Source: an uncultured Acidimicrobiales bacterium (GTDB lineage Bacteria > Actinomycetota > Acidimicrobiia > Acidimicrobiales > SZUA-35). From it: a DNA stretch of 64,000 bases. The translations under genes were made by a program, and so were the position numbers. The notes beneath the pieces were generated by a model. It was not told the DNA's origin and made no database searches. It was given only the letters and a program-made list of their open reading frames with translations. Of the stretch, positions 62,449 to 64,000 are shown in pieces (position 1 is the first letter of the stretch; each line of letters begins with the position of its first letter). Location: assembly GCA_963700755.1 (NCBI GenBank), contig CAVOYW010000005.1:181845-245844 (forward strand), written 5' to 3'.

Positions 62449-63414
62449 ATGACCGAGTTCGTACGAACCGATGACACCCATTTCGATGCCCTCGACGACT
62501 GGCCGTATGCGCCGAGGTATCACCCGTGGAAGGACCTACGAGTCCACTACATCGACGAGGGGCCGACCGACGGACCGGTGGCGCTCCTCCTCCACGGCAT
62601 GCCCACCTGGGGCTACCTGTATCGGACCATGATTCCGGCGTTGGTCGACGCCGGCTATCGATGCATCGCTCCCGATCACCTGGGTTTCGGGCGCAGCGAC
62701 AAGCCGACCGACCCGAACTGGTATTCGATCACGCGGCACACCGAGGTGCTGACGTCACTCATCACGGCGCTCGACCTGACCGACATCACGCTCGTGTGTC
62801 AGGACTGGGGTGGTCCGATCGGCCTCGCTCAAGCGGCGACGATGCCGGAACGTTTCGGCCGACTCATCATCATGAACACCTGGCTCCATCATCCCGAGTA
62901 CGAATACAGCGAGGGCATCCGGAACTGGATCTCGAACTGGCACGAGGGTGGTCTGTTCCATCGGGAGTCACCCAATCTCGCTCTGATCCTGCTGCTCAGT
63001 GGTCGGCTGGTCGAACCGCCTGTGGTGTTCGGGGCGCTCACGACGGGGAGTGAGCCCGAACTCGACGGTGAGGCGGCACGGGTCTACCGGGGGTTCGCCG
63101 CCCCGTTCCGGGGTCTGGGCGACGAGGCCTACAACGGCGCCCGCTGGTTCCCGCTGTCGATCCCGCTCAACGACTACGACAGCGGAAACGGCGCGGCCCA
63201 GACCATGCACCACCGGATGCTGCTCGATTGGGACAAGCCGGTGCACTTCGTGTGGGGCGGTGCCGACAACGTGTTCACCGAAGCCTGGGGCCGGACCTGG
63301 GCCGAGCAGATGGGGGCCGGGATCGACGTCATCGGCGATGCAAACCACTTCCTCCAGAACTCGCACGGTCCGCTCGTCGTCGAGCACATCCTGCACAGCA
63401 TCGGCGGCGATTGA
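62449..63414 (+). CDS. Haloalkane dehalogenase-like alpha/beta hydrolase
   Basis: LHGMPTWGYLYR, CQDWGG, NHFLQ. Confidence 0.85.
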   Translation: MTEFVRTDDTHFDALDDWPYAPRYHPWKDLRVHYIDEGPTDGPVALLLHGMPTWGYLYRTMIPALVDAGYRCIAPDHLGFGRSDKPTDPNWYSITRHTEVLTSLITALDLTDITLVCQDWGGPIGLAQAATMPERFGRLIIMNTWLHHPEYEYSEGIRNWISNWHEGGLFHRESPNLALILLLSGRLVEPPVVFGALTTGSEPELDGEAARVYRGFAAPFRGLGDEAYNGARWFPLSIPLNDYDSGNGAAQTMHHRMLLDWDKPVHFVWGGADNVFTEAWGRTWAEQMGAGIDVIGDANHFLQNSHGPLVVEHILHSIGGD

Positions 63415-63459
63415 TCCGCGACCGTCGTTCTGAACCGTCGTGAGCGGGCCGGGCGCCCG

Positions 63460-64000
63460 TCAGAGAATGTCGGCGTCGGCCAGGGAACGGCGAATATCGA
63501 CGTCGGCCTTCGGAACCACGTCGGGGCAGAACCGAAGCGACGCCAGCTCGAGCGCGTCGCGGACTTCCTCGACCAGCATCGGCGCATCGTCGAGCGAGGT
63601 CTCGATCACGATCGAGTCGTGCACGGTCTGGACCGGAACGGCGCCGGGATAGCGCCGTAGGCGTTGATGGAGGTCGGCGTACGCCGCCAACATGATGTCG
63701 GCAACGCCGCCCTGGATCGGGGCGTTCCGCCAGGCATTGACCATGGCACCGACCCGCTCCTTTGCCGCTCGCCGTAGGAAGGCGTGGGCGACGGCGTCGC
63801 CCAGGTCGGCTGCGACGGCCTCGATGTAGCGTCGCCGGAGATCACGCTCCTCGAAGACCCGGGTCAGCTCGGCGTCGTTCGGAGGGCTGACGAGATCGTG
63901 GAGAACCAGCGAGTGTTCGAGCTCGAAACGCCGCCGCACGGCGATGAGTTCGGAGGACTCGGTCCGGATGGCGTCGATCGCGGCCTGGAGGAACAGCCGA
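63460..64000 (-). CDS. Family A DNA polymerase, C-terminal part (5' portion beyond window)
   Basis: RNAPIQGGVADIM and motif C QTVHDSIVIE; frame stays open to the window edge. Confidence 0.85.
   Translation of the reverse strand, partial: RLFLQAAIDAIRTESSELIAVRRRFELEHSLVLHDLVSPPNDAELTRVFEERDLRRRYIEAVAADLGDAVAHAFLRRAAKERVGAMVNAWRNAPIQGGVADIMLAAYADLHQRLRRYPGAVPVQTVHDSIVIETSLDDAPMLVEEVRDALELASLRFCPDVVPKADVDIRRSLADADIL

Overview
High-GC actinobacterial chromosomal window, most like Acidimicrobiia by gene content and style (inference). It is densely coding, and I see no rRNA, tRNA, CRISPR array or mobile element. Left to right: pntAB transhydrogenase; a chagasin-domain lipoprotein; a complete V/A-type ATPase operon ending in a universal stress protein; a GntR/YtrA-type membrane locus; an arsenic cluster (ArsR-ArsC fusion, GAPDH-ArsJ, Acr3) beside an Rv2466c-like thioredoxin-fold gene; a 2-oxoacid dehydrogenase plus amino-acid dehydrogenase operon; cdd and gnd; a DUF4389/hydrolase/GerW operon with DevR-like boxes; an ABC exporter; a SoxR locus; a two-component system with an MMPL transporter; Rrf2-YwiC; a TetR-linked sulfatase/dehalogenase cluster; and the 3' end of an atypical family-A DNA polymerase. 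The most promising novelty is the SoxR locus, where a clear Sox box drives an uncharacterised Rieske protein with four His-containing helical segments, with RidA coupled to soxR. Next are a sulfatase::DJ-1/PfpI fusion and the polymerase. At least nine genes carry small frameshifts, most likely long-read assembly indels. All calls come from motif recognition by eye, not from database searches.
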